A DNA stretch of 51,555 nucleotides, counting the filler, from Diploschistes diacapsis (taxonomy: Eukaryota), in the NCBI GenBank assembly GCA_023645945.1. It is 3 parts of 3 records of this genome, joined end to end, with 100 filler letters (N's around TTAATTAATTAA, not from the genome) between each part and the next. Parts side by side here need not be neighbours in the genome. Positions count along the whole stretch, not along the records: positions 17,232 to 34,346 come from JALAIB010000468.1; positions 34,447 to 51,555 come from JALAIB010000469.1; 1 more part is not named here. The stretch is one strand, 5' to 3'. This document shows, piece after piece, positions 24,874-36,218 of this stretch. How positions within the stretch are numbered: the first letter of the stretch is position 1; each line of letters opens with the position of its first letter. Below the pieces are notes generated by a model, which had not been told where the DNA came from, ran no database searches, and saw nothing but the letters and a program-made list of their open reading frames with translations. A program made the position numbers and the translations under genes.

Positions 24874-26851
24874 TCACACTGCTAGATGGTGACCATGCAG
24901 CCCCACCGCCTTCAGAATCTTCCCAAAGTTCGGCGTCCCGAAGCCCGTCACGGCATCCCACCCCTTCTCAGCCGGGAAGCCATTGGTGTTGCATCCCGCT
25001 GAGCTGCCGCTCAGGATATCCGTGAAAGCCTTGTATCCGGTCTTGTACAGCCACGGATTCAGGAACCCAAGCGGCTTCTTGCCCGCCGCGATCAGCGCAT
25101 CGTTCACAAGGGTGAACACGCCCGTCGCCGTCGGTGCCGAGCACGAGGTGCCGTCCAGGATAGCGATGCTGCCGTTCCAGATCGTGATGAAGCGCTGGCC
25201 CTGCGCCGCGATGTCCGGGTACGCGCGCCCGCTGGCGTTGTACAGGCCCTTGTCGAGGTCGCCGATGACGTCCAGGTAGCCCTGCACGGCGGCATCCTGG
25301 TAGGCGGGGCGGGCAAAGAGGTTGCTGAAGCCCGCGCCCGAGGTGAAGGTGGAGCCGTCGGCGAAGGTGTCGAAGGCGGCGACTTCCGGGTTAAAGTTGC
25401 GCGTCGCGCCGACGGCCGTCACGTACGGGCAGGCGGCGGGGAAGGCGGGCAGGAAGTGGCTCGAGTTCTTGCCGTCGTTGGAGAAGCAGTCGCCGTCTGG
25501 GCCGACGCCGCTGTCGCCCGAGGAAAAGATGAGCGAGATGCCGCGGGCGCCGAGCTGGGCGAAGCCGTTGCAGGCCGTCTGGGCGTAGGATGCTGGAACG
25601 GACTGCTCATCGTCGCCGTAAGAGGTGCTGATTGTTTGGGGCAGGGAGCCGTCGGGCTGGGCGAGGACGTACTGGAGCCAGGTTACGTACGGCTCATTGG
25701 TATCCGTCGGGGTGCCGGCGTCTGGAACGAAGGGCGGTGAGCCGCCGGTTGTGAAAGCGGTCAGGGGAGTGGGGTAGGAGATGCCGAGGATGGTTTCGAC
25801 GTCGAGGTTGCCTTCCTCGTCGACGCCGTCTTCGAGCTGTGTTGCGTTGTCGGGGGTTTGCTGGTCTGAGCCTCCGTTGATGACGACGAACTGGAATTCG
25901 TAGGCGGCGGCTGCCGCATCGGGGCGATAGTCTTTCAGGAAGATGCTAGTGTCGGAGCGGTTGTTTGACTCGCCAAGGAAATCGTTCAATCCTACACGGT
26001 TCTTTCCGGGCACCTGAGGCTTGTAATTGATAGTGCCGTACAGTGTCCGTAGACAAGTTGGCGTCACTCCGGTGTTGCTACACACTGCAGATACGTTGCC
26101 TGCTGGATTGTGTGGTGGTCGTGGATGATGGTAGTCTGTATCGATCTTGTACGGCTTGAAATTCACTGCGTTTGGTCTGGTGCGCATGAAAGAGTTGGTT
26201 GGCTGGATCGTTGTCACGTGCGAATGTAAAGACTCTGGCAAGGACCATTCAAGCGTCCGCATAAAACGAGTGCCATCTTCGTGCTTGAAAGTGGAGTATT
26301 CTGTGTCCAGTAGACGCTCAGCAGTCGCGATGTCGAGCCTAACATTGACCCAATCCTTGGCCGAGCTGTAGCCGCAGGCATGGCGTGGGATACCGTTCTG
26401 CTCAAGCCAAGCATGGACGGCTTCCAAGGTCTCATCCTTGGGCTTGACAAGCTCATTCACTTCGTGGGCAGTCAAGTGATTGCCGTATCGTTCATGGCCA
26501 GGATCGGAGACTGGACTGATGGTCAGTAAAGGTCTCTAGCATTAAGGACGTCTAGTTGATGACGAGATGTAAGGCAATTGTTCAATGGGTAGGGTAAGGA
26601 AATCATGAGAGGCTCCAGTAAGGGATCCACCCACCCTCATAGAGCTGCTTCTCGAGCTCCTCAAAATTACTTTGCTTCAATCCAATGCTGAAGACCATGC
26701 TGCTGTCTTGGGGAGCAGAGGATATCCGAGACCATTTTCGCGGTAGCGGTATTCTCTCCTTGACTGCATATCCAGAGCGCCGATGCAGTGGTGAGCCGAC
26801 AGCGGCGTCAAGGGCGATGGCCAGAGTCAAAAGATTAAGAGAGTAACGCAT
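24874..26851 (-). CDS. Secreted tripeptidyl-peptidase / sedolisin (peptidase S53) with pro-domain
   Basis: Signal peptide MRYSLNLLTLAIALDAAVG; pro-kumamolisin region LYE|VSDPGHERYGNHLT (intron 26634-26511); catalytic EGNLD, SSGDSG, GTSCSAP; Ca-binding GWDAVTGFGTP. Confidence 0.96.
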
Positions 26852-27287
26852 GACGATATCTATCAAAGGGCGAGGAGAATAGCAATAGAGCTAGACTGAT
26901 GCAGTAGAAGGAGAAAGAGGGGGCTGTAACCAATATATGAGAGCCTGGGGAGCTTTGCGAATCGCGCCTTTGAGCCCATCGGGCCGTGGAATGTATTGAT
27001 CTCATCCTAGATCGGGCTACTGGGCTTGTCAAGCGATATCGCGTAAAAGAAGTTCAAGTTGTTCCTGGTTGTTCCTGGTATTATCTGCTAGGTACCTTCT
27101 ACCATGCGGGGTTTGATCCTACCAGAAGAAATAGACACCCAATCAGCAAAGCAAAGATAAGAGAAGCCGGGTGTGAAGCTAAAGTTATACTAGCAGTAGG
27201 TAATGTGTCCCATTCATTCAGCAATGTCAGAGAGAGAGAGCTGTTCAAAACTGAAACAAAGCATCGAGCAAGGCCCTTTTGCAGTAC

Positions 27288-27311
27288 GCAAAAGCAAAAG
27301 CAAAAGCAAAA
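27288..27311 (+). repeat. (GCAAAA)4 microsatellite in the TPP/phytase intergenic region
   Basis: Four perfect hexamer units read directly. Confidence 0.8.
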
Positions 27312-28028
27312 GAGGTAGCCATGGAACGCCACAACGCCGATCCACACGGCTGAACTTCCTACTTGATACTTTCTGTACAAAGTAGAAGGTCCCTCCGCTG
27401 CTGCTACGATAGATAGATAACGGCCATCGGACCTCCCCGTTTCAAATTCGTTCGACGGGCGAAGAAAGAATTAGGAAAGGCAAGACTTGGATTTCCGTAA
27501 CTGACGTATAGAATGCTTGGTATAGGAAGTACGGCGGCTTGATATACTTGACATCTGAATATGGCGCAAGTTCCAATGGAGTAAGTATCTAGAATACTCC
27601 CAAAGCATCTCTCGACCTTCTCTCCCAGTGGTATGCGCCTGCCCGCCTACTTACGCACATTGTAGTTGTAAATCGACCGTCAGCCAAAGAGCATCGAGAC
27701 AATGCTTCCAGTCCGACAGCAGATGCCTGCTTGTATCCACGAGGTTCCTTCTTGGCTGCATTGGCTTTTCCCATGCACGGCTTCCCTGATAGTTATCTTA
27801 CTGCTCAGGATTATAGGTGGTGGGACAGGCTGTTGCGAGCTTCTGTGACAGGTTTTGCTTCCTACCCAAGACTAACCACTCACAAGCTTCATACAGGCAC
27901 GTTGCGCCTGTAAAGCGTAGTGTAGACCTACCCATGTTGCCCATGTAGGTCGGCCTTCTCAGTCAACAAGACCCCATCTCCTTTTCCTTAGAGTTTTTTT
28001 CCTCTTTCTTCGGTGCCAATTGCCCATC

Positions 28029-29696
28029 ATGCGTGCTTTCGTCGCCCCCGTTGCTGCTTTGGCGGCTTTTGTTTCTGCTAGCTCAAATGGCGTCCAGCTC
28101 GAGACCGACATCAATGTGATCTCACGGTTATGGGGCGAGATATCAACCTATGGAGACAATACACCAAGTTACTTTGGAGTACAGAATGTTGGCTTGCCAG
28201 ATGGCTGCCAGATTGAGCAGGCACATTTGCTTCAAAGACACGCGCAACGGTTCCCTACTGGTAACGAGGCTCTCCAGTTCACTCTGGCGCTCGACTGACG
28301 TTACATGGCAGGCGGCGACGATGACGGTGGAAATAACGAGCGCTTTGCCCAAAAGGTGGCCAACTATACCAAAGCCACTCCAGGCTCCACATCGAAATTC
28401 ACAGGCCCTTTGGCGTTCTTAGGAAGCTACGAATATATCATGGGGGAGAGTTATTTGACCGGCCTAGGTGCCTCGACCGAGTTCATGGCTGGCGTGACCT
28501 TTTGGAATCGCTATGGACGTACTCTGTACAACGCTTCGGCAGGCCAAACAGCATACAACGCGTCCTACACAAATGGCACCGCAAGAAGAAAGCCCGTTCT
28601 TCGGACGACCAGCCAGTCTCGCATACAGAACAGCGAGATCAATTGGGCTCTGGGCTTCTTCGGTGTTTCGTTTCAAGCCAATGCAGACGCCACCCTAGCA
28701 AACTTCACATCGCCATACAACGTAGTCATCATTCCCGAGGGCGGAACCGAGAACAACACTCTGGCATCATACGACAGTTGCGCAAATGATAATGTTGATT
28801 CCATTGGATACATTGGGGACGACGACCTGTTCGCTTACATTCCGAAATACCTTACGAATGCTACCGCCCGTTTGCAGCAACATGTGCCATCAGGCTTAAA
28901 GCTCACCACAAATGACACCTATGCTATGCAAAGCATCTGTGCCTACGAAACGCAATACATTGGTCAGTCGGACTTCTGCAATTTGTTTACTGCGGATGAA
29001 TGGGCCGGCTTCGAATATACTACCGAGATCCAGTACTTTAATGACTACGCCTGGGGCAACCCAACCGGCCGTGCTCAAGGCATTGGATATGTGCAAGAAT
29101 TACTTGCACGGCTCCAGAATCAATATATCACCGTGTCCAACTCTTCCGTGAACTCGAGTTACGACAACAACGCTCAGCAGTTTCCTCTGGGCGAGCCCTT
29201 CTACGCGGATTTTAGCCACGACGATATTATCATCTCCGTCCTCACCGCGCTTTCGATCGACTACCTACGTAACTCTCCCTCTCTGAACGCCGCACCCCCT
29301 GCTCAGAATCGCACCTTCGTTTTGGCCAATCTTACGCCATTCGGTGGGAGTTTCATCACCGAAGTTATTGGCTGCGGTAGCTCAACCCCTGACGAGGTGA
29401 CCAATGCACGCACGCAGTACTACCCAACTCAGTATGGCTATGACCCGAGTAACGCGGGACACAAGTTTATACGTATGCGGGTCAACAACGGCATCTTACC
29501 GCTCAGCAGTATTCCTGGGGGAGCCTGCCGTGGACGCAACGATGGGCTATGTGCGATGGCGGACTTCCTCAAAGCCGAGAGTAACGCGACGACGCTGGCC
29601 AACTACCAGTATGCTTGCTTTGGGAATTACACCATTAACAATGCTCAGACTCCAGGGAAGGACCATGATGGAACAATCTTTCCCACAGGAAACTAG
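28029..29696 (+). CDS. Secreted histidine acid phosphatase / 3-phytase
   Basis: Signal peptide MRAFVAPVAALAAFVSA; LPDGCQIEQAHLLQRHAQRFPT (RHxxRxP); intron 28261-28311; FYADFSHDD (HD motif); many N-glycosylation sequons. Confidence 0.95.
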
Positions 29697-30105
29697 GGTT
29701 ACGATCTTCGGGCAAGTAAGGTGTATAGTAGCCACAAGGTCATATAAAATCTTGAATATTGCAGCACATCGTATTGTCAAGCATGGTATAGGTGACTTAG
29801 TTATATAAACGATAATGATTTACAGTCACTCCTATTGCACTCCTGTTATCCAGATCCCAAGACTGCTCGTGGTGGGCGTAATCACTCTTCAATAAGGGGA
29901 GTGGATATGAGTAGCAGGAGCATTCTGATGCCTGTTGCACTTAGACCGTTTCATCTGTAATGCTTGTCTGCATTGCCAAGTCCTCTTACACCTCTTACAT
30001 CGGCGTCGGCTAAGTTATCGGCTTGGTGTTCTTCAGGACGTTGTAGCCTGCAAACTCTTGCGTTCTCGACTGAACCGTCTTTTGGGAGTCCGTAATTTCT
30101 TTCTT

Positions 30106-31945
30106 ATGGAACATCAAGTTCCCCAAAAAGTGCTTAATTGGCTACATAGTGTCTTGATTGGGGTAGGCGAGCCCTCATGCCTGATTGCGCTTCCTACAGC
30201 TAAACTCTCCCCACGCTTAGGAGTACGCTGATGTCAACCGCACCTTTTCCGACATCGCCCAGACATTACAGAACCTTCCCTCCTTGCGACCGTCGACAGA
30301 TGTCTATAGTGAACCCATTTCCCTTCAGCTTCCCGTAACTCGCTGATGATGGTCAGCCTCCGAGAATGGCAGCTCTTCCCTCCTACTGCACGTCGCGGGC
30401 ACCGTCCCCGTTTCCTTTAGGGACAGCGTCTATTCCTTTCCGATCTCGATATGGATACCTCGATCATACCCAAGCGAGGGACCGATAACATTCGTTACGC
30501 CTACTCGAGATATGGTAGTAAGAGCAGGGCAGAACGTCAGCGGAGAGGGCAGGATATACCATCCCTACCTCGCAGGATGGCGCCCGGACGTGAGTGTTGA
30601 CCAGCCGGCCCTGTCTCCAAAGGCCGGATCGAGTGGTGGGAGACGGGCGAGAAGCTGAACCGAGAAGCAGAGATCCTCCCTTCCAGAATTCCTCGCCATC
30701 TTACAGGGCGTGTTTTCCCACGAGCCCCCAGTTGTAACGAGACAAATACTACAGCCAAGCGCGTCCCCTCAACCACCTCCTAGACCACCATTGCCGGTCG
30801 ATTTTCGACAAGGTTCAGAAACGCAGAATTATATAGCCCAAACTGCTTCGCCGGATGGTGCTCCACCTCCACCTCCGAAACCTTTTCGGCATAAAACCCG
30901 GCCAGAGTCTTACGCGCATGGAATCCCGCCAGTCCCACCGAAACCGCCTCTGACTGCGTCGCAGAGCATCCCGCAATTACAACATATGCAAACGAATTTG
31001 ACTCCAGAGAGGTTTTCACGGAGACCTACCAGCGAATTCATCCCACAACGACAAGACCTGCAGTCGCCACTGTCTGCTGCCAGGCCGCCACAAGCTACGA
31101 CACCAAATCCACCCCCCAAAGACCCTACACTTGCTCAGGCGGGAAGCCAGTTTGTTGGACAATGGCAGCCGCAGCATCAGCAGCATCCAGCCTGGCAGGG
31201 GCGACCCGCCGAAAGTCAACCTAGATCGTCGAACTGGCATCCACAAAATACAGGCCACCGACCGGCTGCTCAATCCAATGCTGGCCCTCCACAACCGCGG
31301 CAGATGCCCTTGCCACCACCTATGCAAGAGCAGACGCGACCAAAACCACCCACCGAAGATCTATTGAGTTCGCCGTTCGACCCTCCTCTTCCGGCCCAGT
31401 CGTCTCCAAGCATACCAGCGCCTCCTATTCCACCAAATCCCGAGAAAGATGCTCTTTTATCAGCAATATCACATAAACTCACGACGCAGCTTCAATCAAT
31501 GGTAGCTTCTAACACTTCGGCATTGCAACCGCTGGCCGCTCAACAAGCGGCGATGAACAACGCGATGCGCAAGATGCAGCAAGAGCATGCAGCTCTTCTA
31601 TCCCTGCAAGAGCTGCTTACTTCCAACGAGGCCATTCTCCACAACGCGATGCGCGACGCGGACCAGTGTATTGCAAATGCCCAGCACAAGACGGTGCCCG
31701 GAGTGGACGAGGTTCTCGTGGCACCGACGGTTGTGGGTCAACAATTATACGACCTGGTGGCGGAAGAAAAGGCTTGCGCCGAGGCGAGAGAGGTGCTCGG
31801 GAGAGCTCTAGATCGGGGGCGGATATCCACCGAGACATGGGTGAAGACAGTGAGGAGTCTTGCGCGCGAGGAGTTCCTGAAGAAGGTCCTTATTCGCAAG
31901 TGTGCGGAGGGCATGGGACTGCAGCAGGGGAGTGAAATGGATTGA
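30106..31945 (+). CDS. VPS23: ESCRT-I subunit Vps23/Tsg101 (UEV, Pro-rich linker, coiled coil, steadiness box)
   Basis: Spliced UEV domain: MEHQVPQKVLNWLHSVLIG|EYADVNRTF..|..LLLHVAGTVPVSFRDSVYSFPISIWIPRSYP..FVTPT..GRIYHPYL; C-terminal QLYDLVAEE..LDRGRIS..WVKTVRSLAREEFLKK. Introns ~30163-30220, ~30309-30357, ~30590-30671. Confidence 0.94.
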
Positions 31946-32408
31946 TCCAGATACGGAGCATGTACAGACCGAAGCATTGAAGGCACCCAGCTGCATGCAC
32001 TGGGCGAGGAGCTCATTGCGCTTTTTACAGCTCCCTAATCCGACGCTGCCTAAAGCTTGAGCCAATCTTGTCCGTATATGTTAAAGCTCTCTCTTAACCC
32101 ATTTCGAACTGTTCCAAGGGTACCCGAGTTGCAAGTGGACGGTCATGCGCCGGAGAAGGGGATGCGTTGTGACCAAGCATATGCGGTGCTTTCACAACAC
32201 CCTGCTTTGGTACTAGCGTGTTTGCCCCACTCCTCCAGCCCCGCCGACGTCACTCACAGGCTGCTGATTCTGTTTGTGTTTGATCCCGTTTCCCTGTTCT
32301 CTATACGATATCCAACCGTCTCTATCGATTCACACTCATATCTTGCACCAAAGAACATCTCTGTTAGACGTTTCGCATAGTCTTCAATTCACCATAGGAT
32401 CGCCCACC

Positions 32409-32987
32409 ATGTCGGACAGCAACTCCTCCACCTTTAAGTCTTACGTTGACCAGGCCACTGGTGCCGTCCAAAGCGCTATTGGCAGCCTTACCGGCTCTGC
32501 TGGTGACCAGGTAAGCATCGAAAACAAAGCTTCAACTCATGACCCTTGACTGACCTCATCTCTGTACCAGAACAAAGGCGAAGCCCGCAAAGACAAAGCC
32601 TCCATCGAAAATGATCTCTCTCACACCCTCGGCAAGGTTGGCCCCTACAATGTCTCCGGCAGCGGTGGTGTGTCGAAAGACTCCAGTGACCGCACCCAAG
32701 GTTCCTGCGACCAAACCGTTGGCTCCGCAAAAGAGAGTATCGGCAATATGGTCGGCGCGGATGGCCTGAAGCGGGAGGGTGTCGAACAGAATCAGCACGG
32801 CAAGGGCCTGGAGGCCCAGGGGCAACTTAGCGATTTAGGGCAGGGCGTTGGAGATAGGGTCACGGGCGCAGTGGGAGGAGCATTTGCTGGGGTCACAGGC
32901 AACAGGGACCAGCAGCAGAGGTTCCAAAACCAGCATGATGATGGGAAGACGGCGCAGAGGAGCGTGGAGCATGACCTCAGCAAGTAG
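32409..32987 (+). CDS. CsbD-like hydrophilic stress protein
   Basis: MSDSNSSTFKSYVDQATGAVQSAIGSLTG; DQTVGSAKESIGNMVGADGLKREG CsbD-type repeat; intron 32511-32570; G/Q/D-rich. Confidence 0.88.
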
Positions 32988-33278
32988 AACCCGTGGTCTG
33001 GGTGTGCTGAAGGAGCGAGGGAACCGGGAATTATTTTTGGTACAGTGATTGTAGGAGTCTGGTTTTTGACATGGCCAACTGATGATACCGATGGCATGAT
33101 GTGGGCTTGCGGATTTGCATGCATATTGATTATTTAGCGACGATATCCACCAACTGCGACAAGTTCTCTCTAGCTTGTGATCAGATTTGGATCAAACCCC
33201 ATTTGAGAACCACCATGTGCAATAACTACTATCTAGCGAATCCTGCGTGGCGAGCCAACAATCAAACCTAACAATCAA

Positions 33279-33779
33279 TCATGAATTCAATGACTTCAAA
33301 TTGTAAACTCGAAAGAATACATTCTTCCAAAAGTCCTGGGAGCAGGCGGTGGGACTTGTACCACCACAGCACACTGAACAGGTGGCTCGCGTTATGTAGC
33401 CGCTGGTGTGAAACAGCGGGAGAGTTGGCAGGAGGGTTGATATTGGCGTGGCCACCGGCGCAAAAAGTCTTGGCAAGATACTCTCTCTGGACCTCCGCAC
33501 AAATGGGTCATAGTCCCACTCCGACTCGGCCAATCCAGCTTTCACTCAGAATAATACAGGGAATCGGAAGCGATTATTGGAATAGAATAGTGTGTTAGCT
33601 TCGTTGTACATCCTCTTATTGATACGGAGAAGAGCTGGACACAGCCCGTCCCTTTTGGACCGAAAGAGTGGCGGTGACGAAGGGCCATAGTCAGCTACAA
33701 AGACGATCGGTTCTGAGAGAACGAGGAGTTCCGAATAGATCTTGAGCCGGATCTCAGGTGCGATGTCGAAGATATTCAT
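33279..33779 (-). pseudogene. Interrupted F-box-like (PEIRxxIY-type) gene fragment
   Basis: MNIFDIAPEIRLKIYSELL...PALLRINKRMYNEANTLFYSNNRF is the N-terminal signature of a large fungal F-box-like family; it stops at TGA 33546-33548 after ~77 aa, and the same frame stays open to 33279. Confidence 0.55.
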
Positions 33780-33839
33780 TTCAGTTTGGAGTGATGGAGG
33801 CGATGCCAAGTGGAGTTGCTGTGCATGATATAACGTTAG

Positions 33840-33867
33840 TACAATTAGCGTGATACAATTAGCGTGA
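33840..33867 (+). repeat. 14-bp direct tandem duplication (TACAATTAGCGTGA)2
   Basis: Read directly; lies between the F-box-like fragment and the AT-rich relic. Confidence 0.8.
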
Positions 33868-33989
33868 TTCTCAATACGGTATCATGTGAGTACGCTAATG
33901 TGATTCGATTGCATGGTGTGTTCAAATTGTCTAGCTACAGATTTACAAATAAAAAGTATTCTGCCAAGCCTTTTCGGACTTAGGGCTTA

Positions 33990-34346
33990 ATTCCGTAATG
34001 AAACCATATCCTCCCCTATTAGAATATGAGCGACTCGCTCATTAGTTGCTTTTATGTTTATAAAACATTTCTTTTGATTAACTCTCTTTTCTCGTAGATG
34101 CACCGTTTTAGTTTATTTATCTTTAACAAAATTAATTAATTCATTTCCTTTCTCTATCCTTATAGTCGATTAACTTTAATCAGAACGTTCTAACGCTACA
34201 ATAATTAGATTAATAAATTTCCAACTCCTTAATTCCTTTTTAAGAATTATGATATCTAGATTTAATAGTATTTAATAAACTTAAGATAATTTTCTTTTTT
34301 ATAATTAATCTTAACGGACCCGGCGATAACTTCGTAAGTTTTATAA
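33990..34346. mobile_element. AT-rich RIP-like repeat relic at contig end
   Basis: Abrupt shift to very AT-rich, TpA-rich, CpA/TpG-poor sequence with stops in all frames, ending at the assembly break. Left boundary approximate. Confidence 0.6.
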
Positions 34347-34446
34347 NNNNNNNNNNNNNNNNNNNNNNNNNNNNNNNNNNNNNNNNNNNNTTAATTAATT
34401 AANNNNNNNNNNNNNNNNNNNNNNNNNNNNNNNNNNNNNNNNNNNN
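34347..34446. other. Artificial contig-joining linker
   Basis: 44 N + TTAATTAATTAA + 44 N, identical to 17132-17231. Confidence 0.97.
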
Positions 34447-35495
<1,049 letters not shown>

Positions 35496-36218
35496 AGCGG
35501 TAAGTGCCTGCCCGTTCTCAGGGGGGGGCGAAGCGACTTTAGCCGGAACAGGAAATTTCCCTCGAAGCGCGACAATTGTCGCTGTCGCGGCAAAGTTCGC
35601 AGCAAAGCCTTTGAGGGATGGGTGGCTGTCCTGTAAGGCGGTTTTTTTTGGTAACGCCCTTTTAGGGACTCGGAGAATTGCTCTGGAGCGACAATAAGAG
35701 CTGTTTTTTTTCTTCTTCCAAAGAAGTAGGCGTATCTGATGCTCGATGAACGACAGTGTCAGTGTCCCACGTCACTATTCAGGCAATATTGTACAAATAT
35801 TTGGATATCTGCTTCAAGATCCAATCATGTCACGACTTTGTTGTAAACTGCACCCTCGAAGGTTACCGTTTGTCTCAGGAGCACTCCTCCACATATAGTG
35901 TGCCTGCCAAGCCGTTTAGCTCATACCTAGTTCCCATAGTAAATTGTAGCACAGCTCACGCTTGTCGTAAGAAGGTTATCTGGGTGTTGCTATGGTATCG
36001 CTGTCACATGACTAACATTTATGAAGTCTAAGACAACGCTCATACAAATTTGTATGGGACCTAACTTAAAGTGTACGCGAAACAATTCTCAGCCCTACAG
36101 ATTTTTGTATAGAGAGGTACTCCAGAACTTAGATTTGAAGTTGATGTCAGAATCAATCACCGGCCCGAATCCAAGCGCTTGAGGCCCTCTGGTCTTTGAT
36201 ACTGCTTGTTTAGGCGCT

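Noticed and set aside
28237..28260. RHAQRFP instead of RHGxRxP suggesting an inactive phosphatase
   Set aside because: The catalytic R, H, R, P and the downstream HD are intact; Ala at this position is a tolerated variant.
5032..33548. Stop-codon reassignment to explain several in-frame stops (5032, 15567, 22395, 33546)
   Set aside because: Conserved genes have no internal stops and end normally at TGA or TAG; the interrupted frames involve different stop codons and also frameshifts.
34326..34336. ATAACTTCGTA, an 11-nt match to a loxP arm near the contig end
   Set aside because: Only 11 of 13 arm bases, no spacer or second arm, in very AT-rich DNA; chance or at most a library-linker trace.
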